Shown here piece after piece: positions 1 to 13,382 of a stretch of DNA of 64,000 bases; position 1 is the first letter of the stretch, and every line of letters begins with the position of its first letter. The notes beneath the pieces were generated by a model, which searched no databases, had not been told where the DNA came from, and worked only from the letters and a program-made list of their open reading frames with translations. Where the stretch lies: the NCBI RefSeq assembly GCF_036588685.1, contig NC_086381.1:66526001-66590000 (forward strand), given 5' to 3'. Position numbers and translations under genes: made by a program. This DNA is from Mytilus trossulus (Eukaryota).

Positions 1-1867
1 TAAGTCAAAACTTTTAGTTAATGATCCTTAAGACATAAACATCTGGTACTAACCGTTTCAAGAATTGTTTAAAAGAACATCAATCAATTTTAAGACATAA
101 TTGACTTTTAAATAAAAAAGGAAGAAGTTATCTTTCAAAAAATTACTTATTGGTGATTCTTTCGATACGCTCTTGTAAAGAATTGTAGCATTGCGTAATC
201 AGAAAATAATTTCTACAATTTAAAACTCGACTTCAATAGAGTGTGTTATGCTCGTTGTTTTATTTTTAGAAAGGACGCCATATTAACTGACCTTTATTCA
301 CAATCTATGTACCTCTTTAACTAAAATGATCTTCTGTAATGAAAAAATGAGGACAAAATCAATATAGAAAGAGCAAAATTTATAGAAAAAGAGTTCTTCA
401 TATGATAAGTACTTTAAACTAACGAAATTAACATCAGTTGGCTAATTGTCAAAGTACACACATTGATGAATGTTATATTTTCAGTATTGATAAAATGATT
501 ACGAATTCGCCGTTTCAGAATATAATGTATTCTGGAATATATTTTCAAAATCGTAAATCAGAATGATGAGATTGGCTTACAGCGTCCCAAACAATTGAAA
601 TTCAGCCAAAGACATGACGTCGTTTTGTATTTTGGGGAATGAGCAATGAAATTACCACGAATGCATTAAAATCTGAAACGCCAACTTGTTGAGGATACGT
701 CAATGTGATAGTAAACCAACTCCATAAAGAATCAACACACAACTTAAGGTCTTCGAAGATAAACTGGAGTTCTATGGAGTAGACCGGGCTCTGAATTTCA
801 TCGTGTCTGAGCTCATTGCGATTAAGTAAAAAAAAACATTTACTGTTGATTCATATTTGTTTGTGGATACTATTTTTCGTAGATTGAAGATTTCTTGAAT
901 ATTTTATTTCGTGGGTTTTCCAAAATCGCCCTTATAATCCTGTTGAAAATGAATACTTCGATGAGTATTGAAATTTGTAATTGACCCTCGAAATGCACGA
1001 ACATTGCTACCTTACGAATAATAATCAACTATTTTGTGACTGAAATGCATTCAAAAAAAATGGATCAACTTTTCACAAGATTCCTGATTTGCAACAGTCA
1101 CGTGCAAAAGAATCATTTGGATTTTTTTGAATTAATTAAAGATTTGTATATCTAATCAGTTTGATGTCTGTGTATGGCTGTAAATATTCGGTATTCTGAA
1201 TATATTTCATTTACTTATATCATGTTGGTTATTCATCTAGTATGTAAACCCAAACAACTATAATACTGTTGCTTTGGTTATTCCTAATTGTTGTAGATGC
1301 TTTGCTTTCTTTATAATCATGAAATAAGGATGCGTTGTTTTCTTTATAAACTTCTAATGGACATCTTATTGATCTAGTTTTTAAATTAAAAGCTTGGCTT
1401 TGGTAGATCTTTGGAATTTGTAATATAAAACAAATGGTAAATGAGACATTAAAATTATGTTATGCTCATGAATAATTTGAATGTACAATCTGTTTTTCTT
1501 CAAAGATGTTGTGAATACCAAGGTGTTTTGTCTTTTTGTCTGTGTCCATTAACAACATTAACAGATAGATTATCAATATCAGATGTATGAAAATCACAGA
1601 GTGGAATAAATATTAGTGTTGGTTTTAAGTGTTTCTGATGAAGATCAAACAGAAATCCATTGAGGAATAAAACAATTTGTAGCGCGGAAAAGAGACAACC
1701 TTCCATTGTATTAACCATTTTAATTCTACTATGAAAAAAATGTAACAATATTTAACATATAAAAACAAATATGCTGATCAAAATAATTTCCAATGTTGTC
1801 ACAATAAGAGGATATTTCTAAAATCATGTATTGTTTGTTTTCGAAAATTTTAAATAGAAATATTCGG

Positions 1868-4800
1868 TCAATCAAAAATTCTTTTTTCGCATAAAAATGC
1901 GCCTTTATAATTCAACCATAGGTCATGCCATTTATAACCATCAAACTTTTTCATACCAATCACTTCAGTCTGACCTGGGTTACCACTTGAATCAGGTTGT
2001 GTTGAATGCCAATTGAAGTAAGTAATGATTGATCCATCACTGTATCGCCAATGCTCTTCTGCGATTAGATGTGATCCTTGAAACATTATCCAACTGGTAA
2101 CATCAAGATAATCTAAAAAATATTGTACAAAACAATAAGATTGATTTTCCAAACATCTTGGTTTTAAATGACGAAAAGTATTTTTTTATTATTTGAAATT
2201 TAAAATACGATTGTGAATGAGCCTGCCCTCTTAAAAAGTAAAACAACAAAAATACCGAACTCTAAGGAAATTTCAAAACGGAATGTCCCTTGATAATTGG
2301 TAAAATCAAAAGCTCAAACACATCAAACGAAAGGAAAACAACTGTCATATTCCTGACTTGGTACAGGCATTTCCTAATGTACAAAATGGTGGATTAAACC
2401 TGGTTTTGAAGATAACAAGTACACAATATAAATTGAGAATGTGTATATGGGCCTCAGATGCCCCGCTTGTAAATATGCATAAGTCAATTGATTAAGTATT
2501 CCATTTATAAAGGGGCATAACTCAAGAACGGTAAAACTGACGCCACCCAATTTCAAACTTGTTCTTTGTTTTGTGGTAATAAGCAATGTGTAAAAGTTTC
2601 ATAACATTTTGTTGAGGCAAACCAAAGTTAGAGACAAGAAACGACAGATTAAGTATTCCATTTATAAAGGGGCATAACTCAAGAACGGTAAAAAGTGACG
2701 CCACCCAATTTCGAACTTGTTCTGTGATTTGTGGGAATAAGCATTGTGTATAAATTTCAGAACATTTAGTTGAGGCAAACTAAATGAAGAAAACGCAAAC
2801 GAAAAAATCAGCAATTTTCAGCAATATTTATGTTTCTAAGGGAGCAAAATTCAAGAACGGCAAAAGTGATGCCACCCTATTTCAAACTTAATCTGTGATT
2901 TGTGCTTATAAGCATTGTGTATAAGATTCATAACATTCGGATGAGACAAACTAAAGTTAGAAAATGGAAACGAAAAATTCAGCATGTTTTATGCTTATAA
3001 AGGGGCATAACTCATAAACGGTAAAAGTGACGCCATCCAAATTCAACTTAATCTGTGATTTGTGACAAGGGTAACACTTAATGCCCCCTCCGTTACGGCA
3101 GGGGAATCAAAATGTAAATAATTGCAAGTCATCAAACATTGAGCAAAACTCCTCCTGTAAAAATAAGAAGAAAGAGTAGATGGACCATGTTTAAATCGCA
3201 TACATTTTTGATGCATTCAGAATTTACAAATCAAGGTAAAATTAAAACTGTAAGGATTCGTGTGCTCTCCAAAAGGAACGAAACTGGGAGCGTCGAAAGT
3301 GTAAGCGTTTTATACTTTGCATTTTCATACAAAAAATTGCGTGTCATTAGCACATTCCTGTAAACGAAGAACTTAAAATAGCAACACTCACGTGCTTAAC
3401 GTATTAAAAGTGATATGTAAACGTCATACAATGAGACAAAAGGTACTTTAATACTGAAAAATTAATAGCATGACAATATCAAAGCTGAAATCATCAAGTT
3501 TGTTTATGGGTAAATGTTTGAAGTCGTCAATTTTTGTGGATATCAAAATTACATCAAGATAGAAGCCTACAATGCATTTCCTGTAGTTTCCCTGATCTCA
3601 AGTGCACTGGGACTTATGGGTCACATGTATGCACTGACATATAGGTTACAGAGTGACAGAACTTCATAAATATATCTGAAAGTGAAGTTAAAAAGCTTGT
3701 CGATATGTTTTTATTTTTGTTTTAGAGGGTTATGTATAAGAAGTAATCAAGGCAGGTCCTGGGAAGACATGTTTTGACGCTATTCGATGGAGATCGCCTA
3801 ATCATAACAACAACAATAAAAACCACTGGACCATCACGTCACAATGGTTAAACATCTTAGTAAGGGCTTAACCCCCCCTAACGTAATACAGTGATTGTGG
3901 AAATACACATATTAACGTATTTATCACTGTATTCTTTTCCCAAATAATTAATTTCCATCATTTGTTCATTGGAAAAAATCTAAAGAAACAAACCAACATT
4001 TTGCTATTTCAGATCCTGACGGTTAGTCAATGTTTTGGTTCTGCCATAATTTATAACATATTTTGTTTTAAATTTGGAAGTTGATAAATAAATAAATGAC
4101 TAAGAAACTAAGGTTCGAACTCTTCCAAGAAAAAGTTTACCTCAGAAGAATTTGGTAATATTATTGGTCCCGTATTGATATATAACTCATAACGTTTCTT
4201 CTTATACTAGTGATTCATTTATTTTCGTAGAAACTAATTTTCGTGGATTGATTTACCACGAGTAATAATGAATCTACAAGCTATACATTCCGTGCTGTCA
4301 AATGTTTTATTGGAGTCTTTCTTAAGTAGTGTTATGTAAGAAGGTGCTTTGGACGCATCAAATTAATAACGTTTTAATTTGTTGTTTCACAATAATATTG
4401 TAAAGGACTAAAACGAAAAATATAGTAGTAAAAAAAACAACCTAAAGGTGTACAAGATAAATTAAAAACTTAATAAAGGTTATCTCATTAGCAAGCATAC
4501 CGCATCTTCCTATTTTCATAAATATAATTTATTTTGCACGATTCATTTGATACAAATTATCTACTCTACCTGCCGTTAACTAAAGATATTTACCAAGAAA
4601 TGTAACAATAAAAACCTGCTTCTCTTCAGAATCTATTCTCATCAGTTCCGCTCCTTCGAGACCACATTTTGAATCATACTCTGCAGACTGCAATGAAGTA
4701 TCTTTACCATGAATCTTATAACAACTCTGAATCGTTTCACTATAGACGTAACCACTTCTTTTTGGGCATCGACCTGTAATTCAAAGTATGTTTTTGTTAG

Positions 4801-7800
4801 TAAATGTGTAGAAATTAGTTCTTCACCAACTATTTAGCCATATTAACAGTGATTTATGAATAAAAATCAATGGTTGACATTACCCCTACATAAAAAGTTT
4901 AAAAACAATAAATACTCGACGGAATAACAATACCTAGAATACTCCATTCACATCTATTAATCCGAATAAAGCTAGTTTCTAAATCATTGACCTCCATGCA
5001 ATATTAACATGACTGAACCAAATAGAACCGTTTGGAAGATTGCGAGTTGATAGCAGATGCTGGTAGTAACCTCATAGTGCTAATGCATTTCTTATTTGTA
5101 CAGTCAATTGTATATCTTCAACTTCTTTCTTTAGAAATGATATATTACAATCATTTTACAAAAATGAAGAAAAAAAATATTCAGCGAACTTTCTCTTTTT
5201 TAATTTACATTTAGAATAACAAAGAACATAGTTAAACAAATCATTATGATTGCTACTAAACCAGATTTCACTTTGTTTCCATATTGATCTATCTTTAAAG
5301 ATTAAATTACAATTTTAAGGATGTTTTCTACTTTGCTTCAAAATACCAAGCTTTAGCAAAACCTGTTAAAAATTGATAGAATATAAATAACAGACAAAAC
5401 AAAAAGAAAAAAAAAAGAATAAAATAAAAGGTTCGTGCCTAGGTTTATAAGATATAAGCCAGTGAAAATGTGGCGGGAAGTGAATAGCTCTATACTTTTC
5501 ATACCTATAACACTGATTCTTATTTTCTTTCCAGAACTATGAAAATAACAAGGATTTTATAAGATTCTGAGAATTAGCGGTAAGCGGGCAAAATGTTTAA
5601 TGGTACTATATGGATAATGGCAGAGGATTCCGTATATCTAATAAAAAATAAAAACAAGAACAGCAAACATCCTACAGTCACCTTGAACGTTTTCAAGCTA
5701 AAACATTTTCAATTATAATAATGATTACACAAACTGTTTATATAAAACATGCTAAGAAAAGAATACAACGCTTTCAGAAAATAAATCGACCTAATCTTTG
5801 GATCTGTAATAATGGAGATCGTTTTACACAAACAGATTGATAATTTTTTACTTACTTATATGTAGGACTGAACAATTTAAAATAATCATTTCTCCTACTA
5901 TGACTGTTTCTTATGTTTTAGTAAATCTATATATATTCTTCTCTAATCAGGTATATACCATGTGAACAACATATATGAGAAGAACAAAATCCGTATCATG
6001 CCAACAACTGATTTTAGAATTGATGTGTTTATGTCCGATGCAAAGACCCTATCAGTGAATCAATGTTAATACCAAAATATGCCATCTTTAATGACATGAC
6101 AACAGTATCGTAACTATACCCCTTCTGAATAAGTCAGTTTAAAGGTTTGGTTAGGTTTTGAGGTGCCGACATGTTTTGTGTTTTGTATAGAATATTACCA
6201 TAAAATGTATATTATTGTATATACAATTTAAAACTATTTTTTAAAGCTTTTAAATAGAATCGCCTAAAATCCATTGAGTGTATACTTCATACACCTCATT
6301 AATCTCTTTCGTTATATTAAGAAGAAGTATAATAACCTAATGCAATTTATATAACACACTGTTTAAATAATTCGAATGGAATCTACATCATTGTGGATTA
6401 AACTTTTATAAAGTGTTATGTATTATAACTTAACATTGTGATAATGAACGTGGATACCATCATTTTATACACATGTGTGCTTGTGTGGTCTTGCAGAGGT
6501 TTAATCACGTCAAACGTGGGAGGTTTAGATAAAGGATCTTTAAAACATGGATGTTACCGAATTTGTTTACGCTATCTGCTTTAAAAGTCAAACATTGTCG
6601 GTTTGGAGTCTATAGAAGAGAGAAATATTTTCTTTTGACTTGTATTTTTTGTGTTATCTTTTAAAAAACTTGGGGCATATCATTATTATAATGCAAATAC
6701 GTAGCCATGTCTTAAACAACCGATGGTCTCGAGTTTCCATGAAATATTTATGCGAACTATTAACCATATCTCCCCTTACATCTATCATTCATCCCTTTTT
6801 ACACATTTTATAATTCCTCACATAATTAAGATAATACTGAATAACTTTGATGAGTCTTTTTTTACAATGTCGAACTACGTAATAGATTTGGATCGAGCTC
6901 AACTAATGGGTCTTATATGGTCAGAACGCGCTAGACTGGTATATTAGGTTAGTTTACAGCAACTGGGTCGGTGCCTTTATTGATGAACGTATCGTTCCCA
7001 AGAGTATCACCATCCCAGTAGCCAGCACGTCTGAGTTGACATGAAATACCAATGGAATGGTCATTACAGTAAATGTTTTTGTAACTAAAACTAATAAAAT
7101 AAACATTATGTTTTCCCTCCCAAGGCATATAGACGGCCTTAAACATATATGGCACAATTTATTTTCGAAACTTTTGATTTTTTTATGATCTTTAAATTCG
7201 TATTCGGCATTCTCGCTTCTTATGCAGTATAACCGCGAGTCTTGCTCAATACATCAGTAAACCTTGTATATGTGTTAAGCTTTAACAACTGAACATTAAA
7301 CAACTAATAAGCATGATTTCAAAGTATCTATGATTTCCGGGTCTTCGAAAAATAATTTTAAAACTGACCCATGTATTTCACAAACAGAAAAGTAGTTTCA
7401 TACATTGCTGTTGTAAAACTATTTTCTGTGATTATTATATTATTAAAATACTATTAATTTCATGTTTTGGGATAACAGTATGGAAAGGTTTAAAAACAAA
7501 TCTTAGAACAAATATATTATGGAAACCGAAGAAAATGTTAAAAAATTACATGTAAGGGTTTGGTGAATTTTTTAATATGCCTGAACTTAAAATCATTGAA
7601 TTTTTATACAATGTAGATGTCCAGTATATAAAGGTTTTGGATGATTTTGACAATCCTCGGAACTACTTTGTTGCCATGCAAAAGTTTCAAAAAATCGAAA
7701 ACTCCCCAAGCGTCATGAATATTTACAGAATTGTCAACTGGTCTGTGTAGATCATGTAGATGTGAAATTTTCATTTGTCAATTCAAAAATGCATTACATA

Positions 7801-8571
7801 GAAAATAATGCACAATATTTCAAATTGCTCAAAACCTTAAAGTAGGATTTCCTCTATTAAAATCATTGGTCAAGTCTAATGAAACGTTGATGGTACATTT
7901 CCTCTCATGTACCAATGTGACACCTGTCATTAATATTTTGGAAATGGTCACCGTCACCACGGAAACAGCAAAAAAGACAACAAAAAAATCAAAATGCTCC
8001 AAACGCTCAGAAATTTTAACTGGCATATACATATATATTGCATTTGACTTTGGGATTTAAAAAATGGTTGCAGTAACCGTGACAGTCGTGCGGGTGACAT
8101 TCTAGTTACTATTGTTGTTGTTATTACTAGTCTTTGTTATGCCTGGGGTTCTTTTTGTTCAGATGCAAAAAATCAAACACCAACAAATCAAAACAATATT
8201 ATAACAAAGGCTACAAAATACAAGCAAAACATATTATCTTATTTGTAACATAGCCTCTTACTATCTAAAACTAAATGATAGGTCCACCCATCACTGTGGT
8301 ATCCTTTGATATCCTTCATACCATTTACATATCCTGCACTTAAACCGATGCACTCTTTGGATGTTTTTGAATGTGAAACTGACATACATTCTGTCATGTG
8401 ATTACACTGCAAAACACATTCTAAAATGCTCGCCTTAATTTGGAATATCACCGTCTCATTAAAGTAAATGTTATTAAGTTCTGGTGAATTTTCGGTAAAT
8501 CCAACTTTTATTTTACATGCAACTATTTGATATGATATCAAAATATATACAATTTCATGTAAAAATGCCAT
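1868..8571 (-). CDS. Secreted PAN/Apple-domain + C-type lectin domain protein, copy 1 (3 exons: 8571-8262, 4773-4594, 2112-1868; 244 aa)
   Basis: Exon 1: signal peptide MAFLHEIVYILISYQIVAC plus PAN-like C-x3-C-x5-C-x-S...C motif, donor GTAAGA. Exon 2 (not in the ORF track): S-RCPKRSGYVYSETIQSCYKIHGKDTSLQSAEYDSKCGLEGAELMRIDSEEKQVFIVTFL, acceptor ttacAG, donor GTAAAT. Exon 3: D-YLDVTSWIMFQGS...WRYSDGS...YFNWHSTQPD...KWHDLWLNYKGAFLCEK, acceptor ttttttAG. All junctions are phase 1; 310+180+245=735 nt open frame. Confidence 0.9.
2430..3112. mobile_element. Non-autonomous Helentron/HINE-like element with four ~160-bp internal tandem repeats (lectin intron 2)
   Basis: The unit aaggggcataactcaagaacggtaaaagtgacgccacccaa... 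occurs at ~2510, 2667, 2838 and 3000. Terminal GC-rich hairpin ccccctccgttacggc(a/g)gggg. Absent from U4. The superfamily is inferred from architecture. Confidence 0.65.
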
Positions 8572-9675
8572 ATTATATATTAAACATAATAAGATAGTCC
8601 CAATTAGTGAGTAAGTAAAGCCATATGAACTGACGATGCATAAGTGATGATATTCCTTAATGAATTGTACATAAATATATAATATCGATATTGTTTCACA
8701 GCATCCAATTATATCTCTGATATACTTTACATTTTAAATAACTGCTTATCAAAACAGTTAGCGGAACCAAAAATTATAACATGTACAGTAACAATATATT
8801 TCTGTGTATTTATATTCTTTAAATTACAGGTTTAGTCTTATAATTATATAATAAATAGCTTGGGGAAATATGTTAGGGTTTAGTTTGGATTAACACAGAA
8901 AATTGAAATATGCAAAACCAATCTATCAAATTGTTCAATCCATTTCATTGAATGTCTGTTTATGATTATCAAACTAATAAAAATTAACACTACACATTAC
9001 TTTCAATTAAATAAAATTACTTTTAACTAGTAAGAAAATATTGTAAGACCATTTCATCAAAATTGTAATCCTTTAAAAAGGGTACTTAACACGCTTTCTT
9101 GCTAAAAAAGGTAATATATTCTTCTTATCTGGAACTTAAAATATTTGCCATGAAATCTGACTATCAAAAGCAACTTTACTTCAAAATATGTTATTGTAAC
9201 TGTTCCGCTGCACTGGTAAAATAAACTGCCAGTGCATTGAAGATTGCAATGAGGAGGTTACCTCATAATGTGGTTGAAGCAAATTAAAATCGCAACCACT
9301 GTTTTGTATACTCGAATAGAAAATTAAAGGATGTGGGGTATCCATCCATGACCAAACAAAAAGCACACAAAAAGCAAAGGAACATCGTTTAAATTGCTGT
9401 TGTTTGTCTCAAAGTCATAGTGAGGCCTTAAAAAAATCACTGCAAGTTTAGGACAGTCCCTAGCACCAGTATGAGTGGTGTTATTATTAAGTATGCTTCG
9501 TTTAACAGAATAACAAAAGCATGCCTAATATTCAAATTATTGAACATCTAGTATAGCAGGAAATTGAAAGTCTAAAGTATAAAAAAAAACAAAAAACATG
9601 TTAAACTTTTACTCATTTTTTGTTTAGTTTGAGCTGCAAATTTTTGTTTTTATCACATGCATCCGATTTAACCTT

Positions 9676-9732
9676 GAGAGATGCACACGCCTGATGAAGC
9701 TAGTTTGTCTAGCGAAATATTGCGTATTTCTT
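9676..9732 (+). ncRNA. Minimal type I hammerhead ribozyme (U1-A)
   Basis: acgc-CTGATGA-a-gctag(tttgt)ctagc-GAAA-ta-TT-gcgt. Stem I acgc/gcgt is extended by agagat/atttct; palindromic AATATT stem III. Confidence 0.8.
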
Positions 9733-10278
9733 TTTAAAACCTAACAGAACTTTTTATTGTATCAATTAATTAGCTTTATTATATTCTTAGACCTTTATAT
9801 ATATATAAAACGTCTGAAGAATAGTCAACGATTTTTCCCACGAGGGCGCCATATATATATTATCATATCAACTGCCCAATCACAAGACATCTTTTAAGAG
9901 CAGGGCATGATTTTGAAAACGTCACATTTCAAATCATCGAGAAAAACCAAATTGGGATACACAAGGAAGACAAAAGAGAGAGGGATGTTGGATGCACCAG
10001 TTACGAACTCTTGAACATGTTGGACTCAATGAGAGATAAGAAAAAAGATTTGAAAACAAATATAAATAATAATTTTGAAATCATACAAATTAATTGATAG
10101 AAATTCATACAATTAGTCGAACGTCAATAAATATGTTAAACATTTACACCAACTTTATGTAGTTGTAGCTACAAACATATTTTTTACAGAACATCAATGA
10201 ATATGTTAACCTTTCACTCAAATTTTGTGCAGTTCAAGCTACAAAAATATTATTTTGTCATGCATCTGATTTCTCTTT

Positions 10279-10334
10279 GAGAGATGCACACGCCTGATGA
10301 AGCTAATTTGTTTAGCGAAATATTGCGTATTTCT
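10279..10334 (+). ncRNA. Minimal type I hammerhead ribozyme (U1-B)
   Basis: acgc-CTGATGA-a-gctaa(tttgt)ttagc-GAAA-ta-TT-gcgt. Confidence 0.78.
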
Positions 10335-12804
10335 ATTTAAAATCTTTAAGAATTTTAAATGTATTAATAAGCGTGTTTATGTTATGTTCTTAGACAGTTA
10401 TATAATTTCAATTCAGTAATTGTATCAGTTTATTAACTGGTTAAATAGATTGAATGTTGATTGTTGCTATTTTTAGACATTATATATATATTATCATATA
10501 TATATATGTCATAGGATTTTTTTTGGCAAAGATTCATATAGGGTCAAAATATAAATCAAGGTGGAGTTTTTAAGACTAATTTGCAATATTTATTATGGGG
10601 CTGATGTAATGGGTCACTTTTAACAGATTTATATACGTAAAGTCATGCAAATTAAAATAAAAAAATGATGCAAATATTTTTATACTAGATGGCTAGATTT
10701 TATCATAACACTTATGTAACATATACTTATATCTCAAGAAAATTCTATAATTTGTCCATTTTAAGAAGAAATTTACCTTTTTTTAATTGTTTGCTCACAG
10801 TAAACAATTTGCCGATATGTTTTTCGTATCGCAGTGAACTCCGCGTGGCCTTTCTGGTAAAAATCTGGTGAATGCAATACGCATGGATCTGTCATTGAAA
10901 TAACTTAATATCTTACTTTATATGTTATACACTTCCTCTATATCCATGCTTTTTTGTTGACTGTTTACTAAGGTGACAATTGTTAAACTATGGCCTCAAA
11001 ATACGACAATTAATAAGCTGCCATATTTTCACATCGTTGCATACCGAGAGAACTTTTTTGACGATGATACGATACGGATGCGTAAAAAACGATGAAATCG
11101 TGCACAGAAGACTATGTTGATGATTTATTCATGCATGGGTCCAAGAATTGGATAAACATTATTTGTCACCAGTCACTCGTTTCATATGACTTTTATTATC
11201 ATGTAATCGAATAAAAATTAAACAAACATAAATTGAAAAGTGATTGAAAGGACTTTATTCTTAAAAACTACGTATTATAGTCACAGAGAAAAAAGCTTTA
11301 TATTTACAAAAACAAAATAAATTTGACGTTAGTGAATTGCTCAGCAAGATATATACAGTTATAAAATGGTAGAAGACGATTTTTACTGAGAGCGGGGATT
11401 TCCAGCTTAAAAGTTTCCGTTCATTTTCAATAGCTGCTCCCGACGTTACAGCAAGATAAACAAAATTAGCAATTCCGACCACAGATTTCATTTTCATTGT
11501 AATTTATATCATTTAATTTTCAAACATATTTCATTTTGGACAATTAAACAAAGTAGAAGTATTTTTCACGGATAAAAATCAAAATTCATCAATGAATTGA
11601 AAATTATTATCCAAGCGCGAATGAAGGGAGACAAGCCATATAAATCTGCACAAACTATTCTATGTCAAAAACGATAGATTTAGCTGGCACTGAACACTAC
11701 TGAAAATCTCAATCAACTACTTTATCGATGTACTGATTTCGACGAAAACGTTCATGACGCTACTGAATCGAAGACAAAGGCGTTTTTTTTAGTTACCTGA
11801 GACAGTACTGAACTGTCCTGGATCTTCTCCTACTCGGATCGGGATACTGAACACGGACTGAATAATTAAAAAAAGATCTTGACAGTTTTCCTTGCGGTAA
11901 TTTCAGGCATTTAAGACTTGTTCAGTTTAAAATAACCGTTTCAGTAATAAAAACATTTACTAGTGATTTTCGTGGCGAAATCTGTTTCTTATATACTACA
12001 ATATGTGGGTCAAATGTATTTGATTAATGATAGCAAGGTGTTTCTTTCTTTGTAAAAGAGTTCATTTGAATTTGACCTCACGAAAAGTATATCGGGAAGT
12101 TACAGACAAATGGAATGTTGTTGCTCACGTCGTCTTTATTCAATCTCTGGTGGATAGTTGTAACATTGGTAATCATACCACACCATCTCATTTCTACATG
12201 TTTTACATTATTTGTCATAATGGTCATTATTGTTGTTGTGTTAGAACTGTCTGCATAATTTTAATGACTGCAACCAGATGGATTTGACAATTGTGACAAA
12301 TATCAATTGACATACTATTCTTTTGACTCCTTTATTCGTGTTTCCAAACTCGTTCGCTATGACCATGTATGTAGTAAGGTTTTTAATTTCAAAGAACAAA
12401 AATAAGTAACCCTAGTTAAGTATTATTACAAGAAATTCCTTATAACTTTCACTATATTATTTTATATACAAAGATTTTGTTTTGAAGTTTGGCTGTTCAT
12501 GTTAAATTCAGTTTTACGGTAAAGATGTTTATAAAGCTCGTACGCTTAATGCAATCAATATAAATGCTTAGGTCATTTGAATGAACTCATTTTTAAAGAG
12601 TATTATTTTAACACCGTTGTAAGATCATTTAATATGATTTTTATTGGAACAAATATTAATTTTACATTAATGTTACAGCATAAATACATAAGTACTTCTT
12701 GAAATGTATGTCCATTTATGGTCCTAACTTCTGATATTATTTTTATTAGTATGTTTTTATGTCTTGACATAACACTAGCACATGTATTTTTATATTTTTG
12801 TGGT

Positions 12805-12995
12805 ACCGGTGGCCAAGTGTCAACACTTGGGTTGTGAGTTCGAATCCCAAAACTCGTAATAGCGTTCCAACTCTACTCTCCATTATGAAAGATTGTCAGT
12901 TTTTTCTACTATGACTGGATGGTTATCCCAGGGTACTTCGGCTTCCTTCATTAATGAAAAATGATCGCCACGAAATATCGAATAGTGCTGAAATT
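12805..12995 (+). mobile_element. Degenerate tRNA-derived SINE with a V-domain-like centre
   Basis: ggtggccaagtg (A box-like), gagttcgaatccc (B box), ggttatcccagggtacttcggcttccttca (resembles the V-SINE GGTTTTCTCCGGGTACTCCGGTTTCCTCC), tail cgccacgaaatatc...tgctgaaa. Confidence 0.65.
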
Positions 12996-13382
12996 TAAAT
13001 CACTACCACTTTGAGAACTTTCTGTATGTCATTTGTTTTTGTATCACATTCCAATACGATGAGTCAAGCCATTGTTAACTATTTTTACAGCTTCTTCTCA
13101 CGTTGTGTTGTCTAAGGTTCCTCATTAATGTCATTCAAATCAGCTGTAGTTTTCGCTACAATATTCTCTACCGTATTACAACTTCACATTTTAAAAAGAT
13201 TTCTTTCTCACTGATGTTAAACCTCACATTTAATTTCATTCGTAGATATTCGTACTTTAAATATTCCTAAGGAGTAACATCCAAAAGCTATCATTTTTTT
13301 TAAAGGAGTTCTCTTTCATCTGATAATGTTATTAGTGTTTAAAATGTTGAGCAATCTTTAGTATCAACAGAAGAAATTGATA

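Larger units (their letters stand above)
9590..10405 (+). mobile_element. Penelope-like remnant: pLTR - (TA)n - GIY-YIG endonuclease C-terminus - pLTR
   Basis: 9870-10038 translates, with one frameshift, to NCPITRHLLRAGHDFENVTFQIIEKN/NWDTQGRQKREGCWMHQLRTLEHVGLNER*, the PLE GIY-YIG tail (H...H...IIE...R..RE..W...L.TL.P.GLN). It is flanked by ~200-bp direct repeats, each with a hammerhead core. Confidence 0.8.

Noticed and set aside
1500-1748. 82-aa ORF recurring at 16287-16535
   Set aside because: It recurs only because of the segmental duplication, lies in the lectin 3' flank, is disrupted in U3/U4, and has no recognisable domain.
1868-2152. Single-exon 94-aa lectin and 110-aa PAN protein as separate genes, as in the ORF track
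   Set aside because: The ORF-track N-terminus (MENQSYCFVQYFL) and C-terminus (KRLCYK) are intron read-through. Phase-matched splice sites and the 180-nt middle exon join them into one gene.
2490-3065. Regularly spaced repeats resembling a CRISPR array, and the ORFs over them (e.g. 17366-17626)
   Set aside because: The whole ~160-bp unit is repeated with no unique spacers, there are no cas genes, and the context is a eukaryotic intron.
6960-7030. Hammerhead-like motif on the minus strand in intron 1 (atggtga...gatacgttc)
   Set aside because: Both conserved core boxes are mutated; at best a dead relic of a dispersed repeat.
5032-11497. Short ORFs repeated in each unit (5032, 6723-7157, 7829-8060, 9181, 10689, 11261 and paralogues)
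   Set aside because: Frames shift or stop between near-identical copies, many have non-ATG starts, and none has a domain; they are intronic or intergenic noise.
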